64,000 nucleotides of DNA from an uncultured Candidatus Saccharibacteria bacterium (GTDB lineage: Bacteria > Patescibacteriota > Minisyncoccia > Phycocordibacterales > PALSA-1337), in contig CAYXPQ010000002.1 in NCBI GenBank assembly GCA_964467225.1, forward strand, positions 7,901 to 71,900, written 5' to 3'. The notes beneath the pieces are model-generated. The model searched no databases. It saw nothing but the letters and a program-made list of their open reading frames with translations, and was not told where the DNA came from. A program made the position numbers and the translations under genes. Position 1 is the stretch's first letter; each line of letters starts with the position of its first letter. Shown in pieces: positions 19,346-28,638 of the stretch.

Positions 19346-21115
19346 TTCATAAAGTCTCTTATATTCCCCTCCTTCTATCTTCAATAGTTCATCATGTGTA
19401 CCTGATTCTATAATCTTTCCATCCTTAAATACCAAAATTATGTCTGCCTTTCTAACTGTACTTAGTCTGTGAGCAACTATAAATGTTGTTTTACCTTTCA
19501 TTAATTCATCTAGAGACTCCGTAATTATTTTTTCTGATCCTGCATCCAGAGCAGAAGTTGGCTCATCTAGTATAAGTATTTTTGGATTTCGGAGCATTGC
19601 ACGAGCGATAGCGATTCTTTGTTTCTGACCAACAGAAAGCTTGACCCCTCTTTCTCCGACAATCTGCTCCCATTTATTAGGAAATTTCTCAATAAAATCT
19701 AGTGCATGAGCTTTCTTTGCCACATCTTTCACTTGTTCATCTGTAACATTGAAATTACCATATTTAATATTCATTAATATTGTATCGTTGAATAGAACTA
19801 CTTCTTGAGGGACGACAGCGATCTGTTGTCTTAATGACTTAAGATTTACATCATGTATACTGTAATTATCAATCAATAATTCACCTTTATTTGGGAAATG
19901 ATATCCAGAGATCAAATCTATCAAAGTACTTTTACCTACGCCTGATTCACCAACTAAAGCTATAACATTTCCCGCTTTTGCTTTAAAAGAAATATTCTCA
20001 AGAACTTGCTTGCCTGATTCGTATTGGAAATTTACATTTTTTAATTCAATATCGCCCTTTATATCTAATTTAACTGAGCCCTTTTTATCATATGGTTCTG
20101 TATCCAATTCTAGAATTTTCTCTGTTTCTTGAATGTTAACTATACCATTTTGAATTGTCTGCCAATTTCGAGCGATAACAATGAACGGTCCGAAAACCAT
20201 AGCAGCATATGTATTGAAAGCTATCAATTCACCTATTGTCATACTACCTTGTTGAATATAGTAGACAGATAAAATAAAAATAAGGATTTGAGTTACTAGA
20301 ATAGTCATTCTCTGGTATAAAGTTAGACTTCCCCACAAATTTGTTAATTTCATCCAGAGCGGCACGGCACTTTTCATTTTTGTTGAAAGTCTTTCTCTTT
20401 CATAATCTTCTGCACTTGCTTGCTTTATTGCCAAGGCATTCTCTACAACTCCATAAGATTCGCCAAATACAAAACTCAAAACATCCCAGTATTCTTTCTG
20501 ATATGCAGCAGTATGCTTGATCTTAGAAGAGAAAATAAAGATATATACAATAATTCCAATCAAAAGAAATAAAGCTAGAACTGGCTTTAAATAAAATGCT
20601 ATAGCAAATGCAATCAGAATACTTAGAATTTGTGGACTTAGATCAATCACAATTCTTCCCGCTATTGTTTCAAGTGCACTTGCAGCTACATTGATTTTGC
20701 TACTTATTTCCCCTATTTTATTAGTTTTATGAAATGAAGCAGGCAAAAGCAATAAATATCCAAAACCCTTACTAAGATAATCAAGCCAAATTACATTTGA
20801 AAATTTTTCACTTAGAATATTTATTTTCCAATCTAATACATATGTAATTAACTGAATAATTGCCCATAATATCAATAAAGCCAGATAAACTGGTATGAAA
20901 TAGTCAAAAATATTTACTTTCTCTGTGCTACTTATAACATCAAAAAATCTACCAACAATATATGGCACGAATCCATTGCCAATGGCAGAGAGAATTCCCA
21001 TTACACTAAGAGTGATTATCTCCTTTTTGTATTGGCTTATATACTTGAGGAGGACTTTGATTCCTGTATATAGATTTTCTTTATTTATTTTTTCAACTGT
21101 TTGTTGTTGTTCCAC
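19322..21115 (-). CDS. ABC exporter, fused permease and ATPase
   Basis: 6 TM region, GESGVGKS, LSVGQKQR, ILDEPTSALD. Confidence 0.95.
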   Translation of the reverse strand: MEQQQTVEKINKENLYTGIKVLLKYISQYKKEIITLSVMGILSAIGNGFVPYIVGRFFDVISSTEKVNIFDYFIPVYLALLILWAIIQLITYVLDWKINILSEKFSNVIWLDYLSKGFGYLLLLPASFHKTNKIGEISSKINVAASALETIAGRIVIDLSPQILSILIAFAIAFYLKPVLALFLLIGIIVYIFIFSSKIKHTAAYQKEYWDVLSFVFGESYGVVENALAIKQASAEDYERERLSTKMKSAVPLWMKLTNLWGSLTLYQRMTILVTQILIFILSVYYIQQGSMTIGELIAFNTYAAMVFGPFIVIARNWQTIQNGIVNIQETEKILELDTEPYDKKGSVKLDIKGDIELKNVNFQYESGKQVLENISFKAKAGNVIALVGESGVGKSTLIDLISGYHFPNKGELLIDNYSIHDVNLKSLRQQIAVVPQEVVLFNDTILMNIKYGNFNVTDEQVKDVAKKAHALDFIEKFPNKWEQIVGERGVKLSVGQKQRIAIARAMLRNPKILILDEPTSALDAGSEKIITESLDELMKGKTTFIVAHRLSTVRKADIILVFKDGKIIESGTHDELLKIEGGEYKRLYELQIGLHA

Positions 21116-21145
21116 CCAGACACGATAACACGAAATTTTATCTAT

Positions 21146-21271
21146 TCAAATAGCTATCATTGCCCAAACTAGTATAAAGAAAACAAGTAATATATCAATA
21201 GTAACGAGAAAATTACTTCTCAAACCAAACTGAATAGGAGTAAAGATTAAATTAAAAATTATATTTAAAAT
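21146..21271 (-). pseudogene. TspO/MBR-like gene fragment
   Basis: Start-less frame ILNIIFNLIFTPIQFGLRSNFLVTIDILLVFFILVWAMIAI*, resembling TspO TM3-TM4 (LN..FN..FT..QFG....L...DI). Confidence 0.6.
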
Positions 21272-21273
21272 AG

Positions 21274-21303
21274 AAAACCCGCAACACATTTGTCGCGGGT
21301 TTT
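21274..21303. terminator. Bidirectional intrinsic terminator
   Basis: AAAACCCGCAACA-CATT-TGTCGCGGGTTTT. Confidence 0.75.
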
Positions 21304-21332
21304 GAAAACAAACGGCAGTCACCCAGATTACT

Positions 21333-21938
21333 CTACTGTGTCCGAGTCACCGAGTACGATCCATCAAAGTGGACCACAACACGATACTTCACAACAGCTG
21401 TACCGTTCGTGATGTAAATGGGAAAATTGATCTTCCCAATACTTTTTTCCTCAAGCTGAAGTGCCAAGGAGAAAACCGGCAAGTTATTTGGTCCTGTCGA
21501 GGTATTATAATATCCCGAAGGAAAAGTCAGAGTAACGATCACATCTCGGACGGTTCTATACGAAATTCCGTCCATGTAATCGGTCCCAAAGTACTTGAAA
21601 TAACAGAGGGTTTCCTTGACCTTTATCCAACTGATAGTCGGAAAATAGTAGTTGGGTACCTCGTACGAATATGATTCATACGGCAAGGTTTTTTTGACAT
21701 TTTCATGCTCAAGACCCCAAGAATTCAGGGTAATGTTTTTTCCATTTTCGGTGTACTGGATAATCGGTTCTGCCGTCTTTGCGGTGTAGAAAAGGGGTAA
21801 ATCATCCCCAGTGTACACCACCCCAGCAGTATCGAAATACCGAATCGTCAGATTCAGTCCGTAGGCGTAGCCAGAGACTGAACCAAACATGGCTATCATT
21901 GCCACCAATATCAAAACCAGCATCTTGATACTTTTCAT
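21333..21938 (-). CDS. Secreted orphan protein (signal peptide)
   Basis: MKSIKMLVLILVAMIAMFGSVSGYA signal; visibly GC-richer codons; own promoter, RBS and terminator. Confidence 0.75.
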   Translation of the reverse strand: MKSIKMLVLILVAMIAMFGSVSGYAYGLNLTIRYFDTAGVVYTGDDLPLFYTAKTAEPIIQYTENGKNITLNSWGLEHENVKKTLPYESYSYEVPNYYFPTISWIKVKETLCYFKYFGTDYMDGISYRTVRDVIVTLTFPSGYYNTSTGPNNLPVFSLALQLEEKSIGKINFPIYITNGTAVVKYRVVVHFDGSYSVTRTQ

Positions 21939-22219
21939 GCGTTGCTATCCTCTTAGCTTCTGTTGTTTTTGGTTGTCAAATGCACTCAAATGAAGATCCT
22001 CGTTCTTCTTAAGTGCAAAAAAGAACCTAACACACTCTATATAAAAAGTCAATATATACCCCTATTTCCTTTCTTGACTCATATAATTACTCCACAAAGC
22101 CTTAATACCCTCTCTATTTCTCTCCTCTTCTGACACATCTGTGTTTATATCTACATTCTGGATACAATTCCAGAATCTATCTCGGTTATCATAAAAAAAT
22201 TATAACACAAAGGCCGCCA

Positions 22220-22543
22220 CTAAATGACGGCCTTGAGTTCGAAGACCACGACTCCAAGATCTTCGTAGCACCTGGAGTAAAGTTGTCTCAACCCACTAAG
22301 CACTTGCTCTGCAGTCCATCCAGGCATTATTCTTCCAGGATTTTCTACTTTAAGCATTGAATCGAAATTTTCATATTTTCTAACACCCACCACCCTACAC
22401 TTCACAGTATCAGAAAATATGATGTTATCCCCAACAGCCACCTCACTAAAAAATCTTTGAGAGGTTCTAACTTCTAAATCCTTTTGACCAGATACTATGA
22501 GAGGGATTACTCTCTCAAACATACGGAAATGGTGAGTTTTCAA
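22220..22543 (-). CDS. ASCH-domain protein (start probably TTG at 22543 after GAAAGGAG)
   Basis: IVSGQKDLEVR, VGDNIIF, VRKYENF, GVVVFEL. Confidence 0.85.
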   Translation of the reverse strand: MKTHHFRMFERVIPLIVSGQKDLEVRTSQRFFSEVAVGDNIIFSDTVKCRVVGVRKYENFDSMLKVENPGRIMPGWTAEQVLSGLRQLYSRCYEDLGVVVFELKAVI

Positions 22544-22594
22544 TTTGTTCTCCTTTCTATAATAGAGAATATTACTTACGATATCTAAAGTCAA

Positions 22595-22876
22595 TTAAAA
22601 TACCACACCCTCACTCAGTAATAATTTCCTTTTTTCTCCAGTACCTCCCTTACCAGAATAACCACCTAATTTACCATCATTCCTTATTACCCTATGACAT
22701 GGTATCTCCACAATCAACGGATTTGCACCTACCGCGTTTGCTACTGCTCTATATGCATTTGGCTTGCCTATTTTAATTGCTAATTCTTTATATGTAATAA
22801 TTTTACCTTTTGGAACTTTAGATATTTCTTTCCAAACCCTCTTTTGAAATTCTGTGCCTTTTAAGTTTTTGATCAT
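22595..22876 (-). CDS. Methylated-DNA--protein-cysteine methyltransferase (MGMT family)
   Basis: TEFQKRVW, YRAVANA, IPCHRV active-site motif. Confidence 0.92.
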   Translation of the reverse strand: MIKNLKGTEFQKRVWKEISKVPKGKIITYKELAIKIGKPNAYRAVANAVGANPLIVEIPCHRVIRNDGKLGGYSGKGGTGEKRKLLLSEGVVF

Positions 22877-22956
22877 ACAAAATTTGTTGCCTATGCGGTG
22901 CGATGTTTGATATATTATACAATATAATTTATCTAGATACGAAGGTTGGGTATGAT

Positions 22957-23544
22957 TTAAGAAAACAAATCATTCACAAGAATTTCTTTTATATCAGGGA
23001 ATACTTCTTTAATAACACTAACTAATTTATCATATTTTCTATAGGAAACTGGATTTTTATAAAATCGAAGTTCATTGTATCTTTCGTTATGAAAAATATA
23101 CAAAGAGCATTCTGAGCTATCTCTTGAGATATTTACATTTTTGTTCTTAATTCTACTACCATCTTGTCTAATACGAACAAGTCCCCCTAAAAGATAAAGA
23201 ATACTTTGGAAGGTGAAATCATTAAAACGTATTATAACTGCAGACTCATACCCTTGGTAGTTTTTAAATTTATTATGAGCATCACTTATATCACTCTTAT
23301 AACGGTTAGACAAAGTCTCTAGATTTCTAGTGCGTATAAAAAGAGGATTTGAAAGATTTAATTCTGGTGGACTTTCTGAAAAATCATCTTTCACTTCAAT
23401 TACCAATTTCTCTGTGTGATTTACTAGATCTGCAGATTTAATGTTTTTATAATCTTCTTCCTTATCTCCCATTAACCAGCCATTATTAACCTTAATAAGA
23501 TTTTTTAATAAATTCTGTATGTATTCAATTTCTCCTATATTCAT
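22957..23544 (-). CDS. Putative PD-(D/E)xK nuclease-fold protein
   Basis: SADLV....LVIEVK motif; starts 5 nt after the tRNA-Gln discriminator. Confidence 0.55.
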   Translation of the reverse strand: MNIGEIEYIQNLLKNLIKVNNGWLMGDKEEDYKNIKSADLVNHTEKLVIEVKDDFSESPPELNLSNPLFIRTRNLETLSNRYKSDISDAHNKFKNYQGYESAVIIRFNDFTFQSILYLLGGLVRIRQDGSRIKNKNVNISRDSSECSLYIFHNERYNELRFYKNPVSYRKYDKLVSVIKEVFPDIKEILVNDLFS

Positions 23545-23548
23545 TCGG

Positions 23549-23619
23549 CTGCCGGACTTGGAATCGAACCAAAATTCTCGCTTTCAGAGAGCGATGTCCT
23601 ACCTTTAGACGATCCGGCA
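23549..23619 (-). tRNA. tRNA-Gln(CTG)
   Basis: TGCCGGA/TCCGGCA acceptor; TCGCT-CTCTGAA-AGCGA; GGTTCGATTCC. Confidence 0.95.
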
Positions 23620-23712
23620 ATACCTCTATAAAATACATTAAAAATATAGATTGTTCAAGGAGGTAAAATGAGAAAGCACCCTATCATTTCTATATGATGC
23701 AGTCTTTAAATT

Positions 23713-24228
23713 TTAACAATTTACACAGTATCCTGGATATGACGCAGCTTCATCTACATGCGATCTACAGTAACCGGAAACACAGTAGTATAAAGCGCTG
23801 TTAACATTGAAGCCACTTGCCCATGACTCATTCGGAAATTTACAGGTAGAAATATTTCCACCAGCTGGACAAAACCTTACACTAATTTGATAGATTTTTT
23901 GTCCTACATGGTCTGGGTCATCCCAATTTTCCCAGTCATAATAACTACCAGGCCAAGATGGGCGTGGCCATGAACTGGTCGTAAGATATGATGTAAAAGC
24001 AGCGGGGAGGTCTCTTGCTGTATCTGGTGGATATACATAATTGTTGTCCATGAGGTATAAAGTCAAGGCTCTTTCTAAAGATCTAAATTCAAGCTTTGTT
24101 CTTGAGAGATTAGCTTTATTTTTTGCTGAACTCATTGAAGCCAATACAACTGTTGATAATAAGCCTATTATAGAGATGACAATTAAAAGTTCTATAAGAG
24201 TAAATCCGCCCTTTATGTTATACATCAT
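23713..24228 (-). CDS. Type IV pilin / pseudopilin
   Basis: KGGFTLIELLIVISIIGLL prepilin N-methyl motif; Cys-rich C-terminus. Confidence 0.9.
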   Translation of the reverse strand: MMYNIKGGFTLIELLIVISIIGLLSTVVLASMSSAKNKANLSRTKLEFRSLERALTLYLMDNNYVYPPDTARDLPAAFTSYLTTSSWPRPSWPGSYYDWENWDDPDHVGQKIYQISVRFCPAGGNISTCKFPNESWASGFNVNSALYYCVSGYCRSHVDEAASYPGYCVNC

Positions 24229-24238
24229 AAGTATATAT

Positions 24239-25918
24239 CTATTTTTTATTCCTCTTCAACCCCGCTTTTATAAATGCTGTAAACAAAGGATGAGGATTAA
24301 GTGGTCTAGCTAGAAATTCTGGGTGAAATTGGGTACCAAGAAAAAATGGATGCACTGATGATGGCAATTCAGCTATTTCACATAATTTGTGATCAGGAGA
24401 AACACCAGAGAAAACAAGCCCAGCATCTTCTAGACTCTTTACATATGCGGGATTTACTTCATAACGATGTCTGTGTCTCTCAAAAATAATATCTTTGCCA
24501 TATGCTTCACGAGCTATAGTTCCCTTTTTCAATCTAGCTTCATAACAACCCAATCTCATACTTCCACCGTAATCTTTCTCTAATAATTTCTTCTTTTGAT
24601 CTGGCATAATATCGATAATAATATGCTGTGACTTTGGATTGATCTCTGTAGTATGTGCTCCTACTAGACCGAGAACATTGCGCGCATATTCAATAGTCAT
24701 AAGTTGCATGCCATAACATAATCCAAAGTATGGAATTTTGTTCTCTCTAGCATATTTAATAACATTCAACTTTCCTTCAATTCCAGTCTCTCCGAACCCT
24801 CCTGGAACAAGTATTCCATCATATTTATCTAGAACAGAATAATCAGGCTTTCCTTTCTCAAAGTCTAAAGCATTAATAGTACTAATCTTTGCTTTTGCTC
24901 CTTGCGAACAAGCAGAGTATTTAATAGCTTCCAAAACCGAAAGATACGCATCCGTAAGTACAAAATCACCAGTATTAAAATACTTACCAACAATAGCTAT
25001 ATTTACTTCTTTTTTGCCATTTTTGATAGCACTTGCAAACTTTGACCATTCGAGCAGGCCTGTGCTCTTTTTCTTTTTTAGATTTAAAGATTTTAAAAGA
25101 GTATCGCCTAATTTATCCTTTTCAAAATTAATTGGTACATCATAAATACTTTCTATATCGGGTGCCGCAATAACATTCTCTTTCAAGATATTGCAAGTAA
25201 AAGCTAATTTTTCTTTCCTCTTTTCATCAATAGGCAATTCACTTCTTGCTATGATGAAATCCGCTTGAACTCCGCAAGAATTAAGCTGTTTAATAGCATT
25301 CTGAGTTGGTTTTGATTTCATTTCCCCAATTTTACTTGGAATTGGAAGAAATGAAACCATAATAAAAATCACATCCTTAGGATGGCGCAACTTAAGTACA
25401 CGTGCTGCTTCAATAAACATAATATTCTGATAGTCGCCAATAGTTCCACCGATCTCAACTATAGAAATATCACTATTATTTAATTTGGCAGAATGCTCTA
25501 TTCTTCTTACTATTTCTTCACGGACATTATCAGAATCTACACATTTACCTTTGTATTCAAGAGCTCTCTCTTTATCAATTACACTTTTATAAATCATTCC
25601 ACTGGTCATATAGTCATCATTGGTAAGATCATGATTTAGAAATCTTTCATAATTTCCCATATCTTGATCAGTTTCGAGACCAGAATTCAAAACAAAAACC
25701 TCACCATGTTCGGTGGGGTTCATCGTTCCTGCGTCGACGTTTAAATATGGATCAACTTTGACCAAATTTACCTTATATCCCTTCCCTTCTAAAATCGTAC
25801 CAATCGATGAAGTAGCTATTCCTTTACCGACTCCTGACATTACGCCTCCTACTACAAAAATATATTTATGATTTCCTTTCTGGTTTTTATCTTTCATAAA
25901 AACCATTGTATCAAACAC
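24239..25918 (-). CDS. pyrG: CTP synthase
   Basis: GGVMSGVGKG, DPYLNVDAGTMNP, GLCYGMQ, RHRHRYE, QFHPE. Confidence 0.98.
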   Translation of the reverse strand: MFDTMVFMKDKNQKGNHKYIFVVGGVMSGVGKGIATSSIGTILEGKGYKVNLVKVDPYLNVDAGTMNPTEHGEVFVLNSGLETDQDMGNYERFLNHDLTNDDYMTSGMIYKSVIDKERALEYKGKCVDSDNVREEIVRRIEHSAKLNNSDISIVEIGGTIGDYQNIMFIEAARVLKLRHPKDVIFIMVSFLPIPSKIGEMKSKPTQNAIKQLNSCGVQADFIIARSELPIDEKRKEKLAFTCNILKENVIAAPDIESIYDVPINFEKDKLGDTLLKSLNLKKKKSTGLLEWSKFASAIKNGKKEVNIAIVGKYFNTGDFVLTDAYLSVLEAIKYSACSQGAKAKISTINALDFEKGKPDYSVLDKYDGILVPGGFGETGIEGKLNVIKYARENKIPYFGLCYGMQLMTIEYARNVLGLVGAHTTEINPKSQHIIIDIMPDQKKKLLEKDYGGSMRLGCYEARLKKGTIAREAYGKDIIFERHRHRYEVNPAYVKSLEDAGLVFSGVSPDHKLCEIAELPSSVHPFFLGTQFHPEFLARPLNPHPLFTAFIKAGLKRNKK

Positions 25919-25920
25919 AA

Positions 25921-26877
25921 TTAAAATCTCAAATATCTCTTTACGGCGATATAGCTAGATATTGCACCCAATACTACTCCAGAACCAACTATTAAGATAA
26001 AGATCTGCGTGAAATTATTAATAAAATATGATGAGAAAATATTCACTAATAGTTCAAAATCTTTTGCTCCTTGTACGCCTGCTAATTTTAGAATTAATAA
26101 ATCACTATAATAAGCAAAGACTCCAAGAATAACTAGAGTAAGAACAGAAGAGAATAGTCCGTACATAATACCTGAAACAACAAATGGGCCTCTTATATAG
26201 AAATTTGATGCACCGACAAGTCTCATAACAGATATTTCATCTTTTGCTGTGAAGATAATGAGCCTAATAGTATTCAAAGTGATTATCATCGCAACTATTA
26301 TCAAAATAAGAGCAATCATTGAACCAATCTTTTCAATCGCAGGAATTATTCTTCCTAATCTCTCAATTATTAATTTATTCTGATTATAATTTACTTTCTC
26401 TAATATACTTATTCCATCTTTTGTAGAGGAGTTCTTACTGTCCAAAAAATGTGCAATACCTGCATATTGAGAAGGCTCTTTTGCTTTGATATTAAGTACT
26501 GCAGGGAAAGGATTATCGCCGATTTCTTCTAAACCCTGTAATATAAGAGTATTGTCCTTCCATTTATTCTTAAAATCAGTAAGAGCTTGTGCTCGTGAAA
26601 TATATTCTACTCTATCCACCTCTGGCAAATTCTCAATAGTCTTTTTTAAAGAAAGTATATCAGTTTCAGGAGCATCCAGAGTGAAATATACATTTATATC
26701 CACCTTACTCTTTACTTCTGATATTAAAGCCCTTCCAAATGCTGAACCAAATATTAATGCTCCAAATACCACCAATGACAGAGTAATCACAACAATAGCT
26801 GAAAAAGATAGAAATCCATTTCTCCAAAAATTAATAAAGCCTGATTTAGTTATTCTCTTAAAATGTGTGAATATCAT
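25921..26877 (-). CDS. ftsX: Cell division permease FtsX
   Basis: NTIRL, EISVMRLVGAS, IRGPF; adjacent to ftsE. Confidence 0.92.
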   Translation of the reverse strand: MIFTHFKRITKSGFINFWRNGFLSFSAIVVITLSLVVFGALIFGSAFGRALISEVKSKVDINVYFTLDAPETDILSLKKTIENLPEVDRVEYISRAQALTDFKNKWKDNTLILQGLEEIGDNPFPAVLNIKAKEPSQYAGIAHFLDSKNSSTKDGISILEKVNYNQNKLIIERLGRIIPAIEKIGSMIALILIIVAMIITLNTIRLIIFTAKDEISVMRLVGASNFYIRGPFVVSGIMYGLFSSVLTLVILGVFAYYSDLLILKLAGVQGAKDFELLVNIFSSYFINNFTQIFILIVGSGVVLGAISSYIAVKRYLRF

Positions 26878-27554
26878 AATATATATTTACCATCTATATC
26901 ATCACGAATAATTTTACCCTTTTCCATTGTAATTACTCTGCCACTTACTTCATCAACCACTCCTTTATTATGAGTAGTTAATAGAACAGTTGTACCAAGA
27001 TTGTGGATTTTTTGTAGTATTTTAATTATTTCAAAAGTATTAATAGGATCAAGATTACCAGTTGGTTCATCAGCAATTATTATATCAGGCTGAGTGACAA
27101 TAGCACGAGCTATTGCTACTCTTTGTTTCTCTCCACCAGAGAGTTCATGTGGGAAATTCCAAATCTTATTACCCAGATCCACGAGTTCCAATACATGTGG
27201 CACATCAGAAGCTATTTCTGCATCTGTTCTACCTGAAGCCTCCATTGCAAAAGCAATATTTTCATATGCAGTTTTATTGGGTATAAGTCTAAAATCCTGA
27301 AAAACAGTACCAATTCTTCTTCTAAGCTTGTTCATTTCACCTTTTTTGAGTCGATGAATATTTGCAGATTCAAAGAATACAGTCCCATCACTAGGCCTAT
27401 CTTCTGCAATGAGCATCTTGATAAGAGTAGTCTTACCTGCCCCTGAGTGTCCGACAATAGTAATAAATTCATTAGGCTGAACACCGAAACTTACTTGATC
27501 GAGCGCAACAGAATCATCTGGATATACTTTTGAGACTTTATCAAAATAAATCAT
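26874..27554 (-). CDS. ftsE: Cell division ATP-binding protein FtsE
   Basis: GHSGAGKTT, VFQDFRL, LSGGEKQR, ADEPTGNLD. Confidence 0.95.
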   Translation of the reverse strand: MIYFDKVSKVYPDDSVALDQVSFGVQPNEFITIVGHSGAGKTTLIKMLIAEDRPSDGTVFFESANIHRLKKGEMNKLRRRIGTVFQDFRLIPNKTAYENIAFAMEASGRTDAEIASDVPHVLELVDLGNKIWNFPHELSGGEKQRVAIARAIVTQPDIIIADEPTGNLDPINTFEIIKILQKIHNLGTTVLLTTHNKGVVDEVSGRVITMEKGKIIRDDIDGKYIL

Positions 27555-27561
27555 GAAATAA

Positions 27562-28449
27562 TTATATCATATTTTTCTCTGCTACAATAAATTCTTCAAT
27601 TTCACCATCCAAAACTTTCTCAACTTGGGAAGTTTCTACATTTGTTCTGTGGTCCTTCACCATTTTGTATGGATGAAAAACATATGAGCGAATTTGATTT
27701 CCCCATTCTATTGCAGTTGTCTTGCTAATATACATACCCTTTTCTTTAGCAATTCTTTCTTCCTCTATCTTTTTAAATAATTTACCCTTTAGAATATCCA
27801 TAGCTTTCTCCTTGTTCTGAACTTGAGATCTTTCTGATGTTACATGTACAGAAAGACCTGTAGGTTTGTGAACTATTCTTACTGCTGTCTCTCTTTTGTT
27901 CACATTTTGTCCTCCAGGGCCTCCTGACTTCGCAATTGAAATCTCCAAATCCTTCTCAGATAAATCTAGATCCGTGCTATTTGTCTTCTCAAACTTAGGA
28001 ATTACCTCAACCATGGAGAAGGAAGTATGGCGAAGTTGCTTGGCATTAAAGGGGGAAATTCTTACTAGACGATGAACTCCACTTTCATTCTTTAATATTC
28101 CATATACGCCCTTACCGACAAATTCTACTGTTATATTTCTGTAACCTCCATGATCATTATCATTACTGTGAATCAATTCCATTCCCCATCCATTCCTTTC
28201 TGCAAATTTTCTATACATTCTATATAGAATAGCTGAGAAATCTTCTGCATCATCCCCGCCTGCACCAGAGAAAATTGTCATGATCGCATTGCCTTTATCA
28301 AATTTACCTATACCTTCCAATGTGTCTTTGAGATCTTGAAGTTCCTTAATCATTGACTGAGCTTTATTGGGATTATTCCAAAAGTCAGGTGCCTGCATCG
28401 CTGATTCTATTTCTTCTATTCTTTTTTGGGTGTTTTGTTTTGAATCCAT
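27562..28449 (-). CDS. prfB: Peptide chain release factor 2 (no programmed frameshift; start at MDSKQ)
   Basis: SPF tripeptide (RISPFN), GGQ motif, WGNQIRSY. Confidence 0.93.
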   Translation of the reverse strand: MDSKQNTQKRIEEIESAMQAPDFWNNPNKAQSMIKELQDLKDTLEGIGKFDKGNAIMTIFSGAGGDDAEDFSAILYRMYRKFAERNGWGMELIHSNDNDHGGYRNITVEFVGKGVYGILKNESGVHRLVRISPFNAKQLRHTSFSMVEVIPKFEKTNSTDLDLSEKDLEISIAKSGGPGGQNVNKRETAVRIVHKPTGLSVHVTSERSQVQNKEKAMDILKGKLFKKIEEERIAKEKGMYISKTTAIEWGNQIRSYVFHPYKMVKDHRTNVETSQVEKVLDGEIEEFIVAEKNMI

Positions 28450-28464
28450 GTTAATTATTCTGTG

Positions 28465-28535
28465 AGCCAAATGTGAGAATCGGACTCACGTTCCTACTTT
28501 ACGAAAGTAGTGTTCTGCCACTGAACTAATTTGGC
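28465..28535 (-). tRNA. tRNA-Thr(CGT)
   Basis: GCCAAAT/ATTTGGC; CTACT-TTCGTAA-AGTAG; T-loop TCCGATT (C at position 55). Confidence 0.9.
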
Positions 28536-28638
28536 AAATATATGCCTATATTATTTTATATTAACACATTTAATGACATTTACGTGACCCTAGTCAATTT
28601 GCATTTTTTCTGATACAGTATATTTTACCCTTAATACT

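Noticed and set aside
27562-28470. Programmed +1 frameshift or truncation in prfB
   Set aside because: No CTT-TGA slippery site or upstream coding segment is present (tRNA-Thr lies directly upstream); a continuous short RF2 fits.
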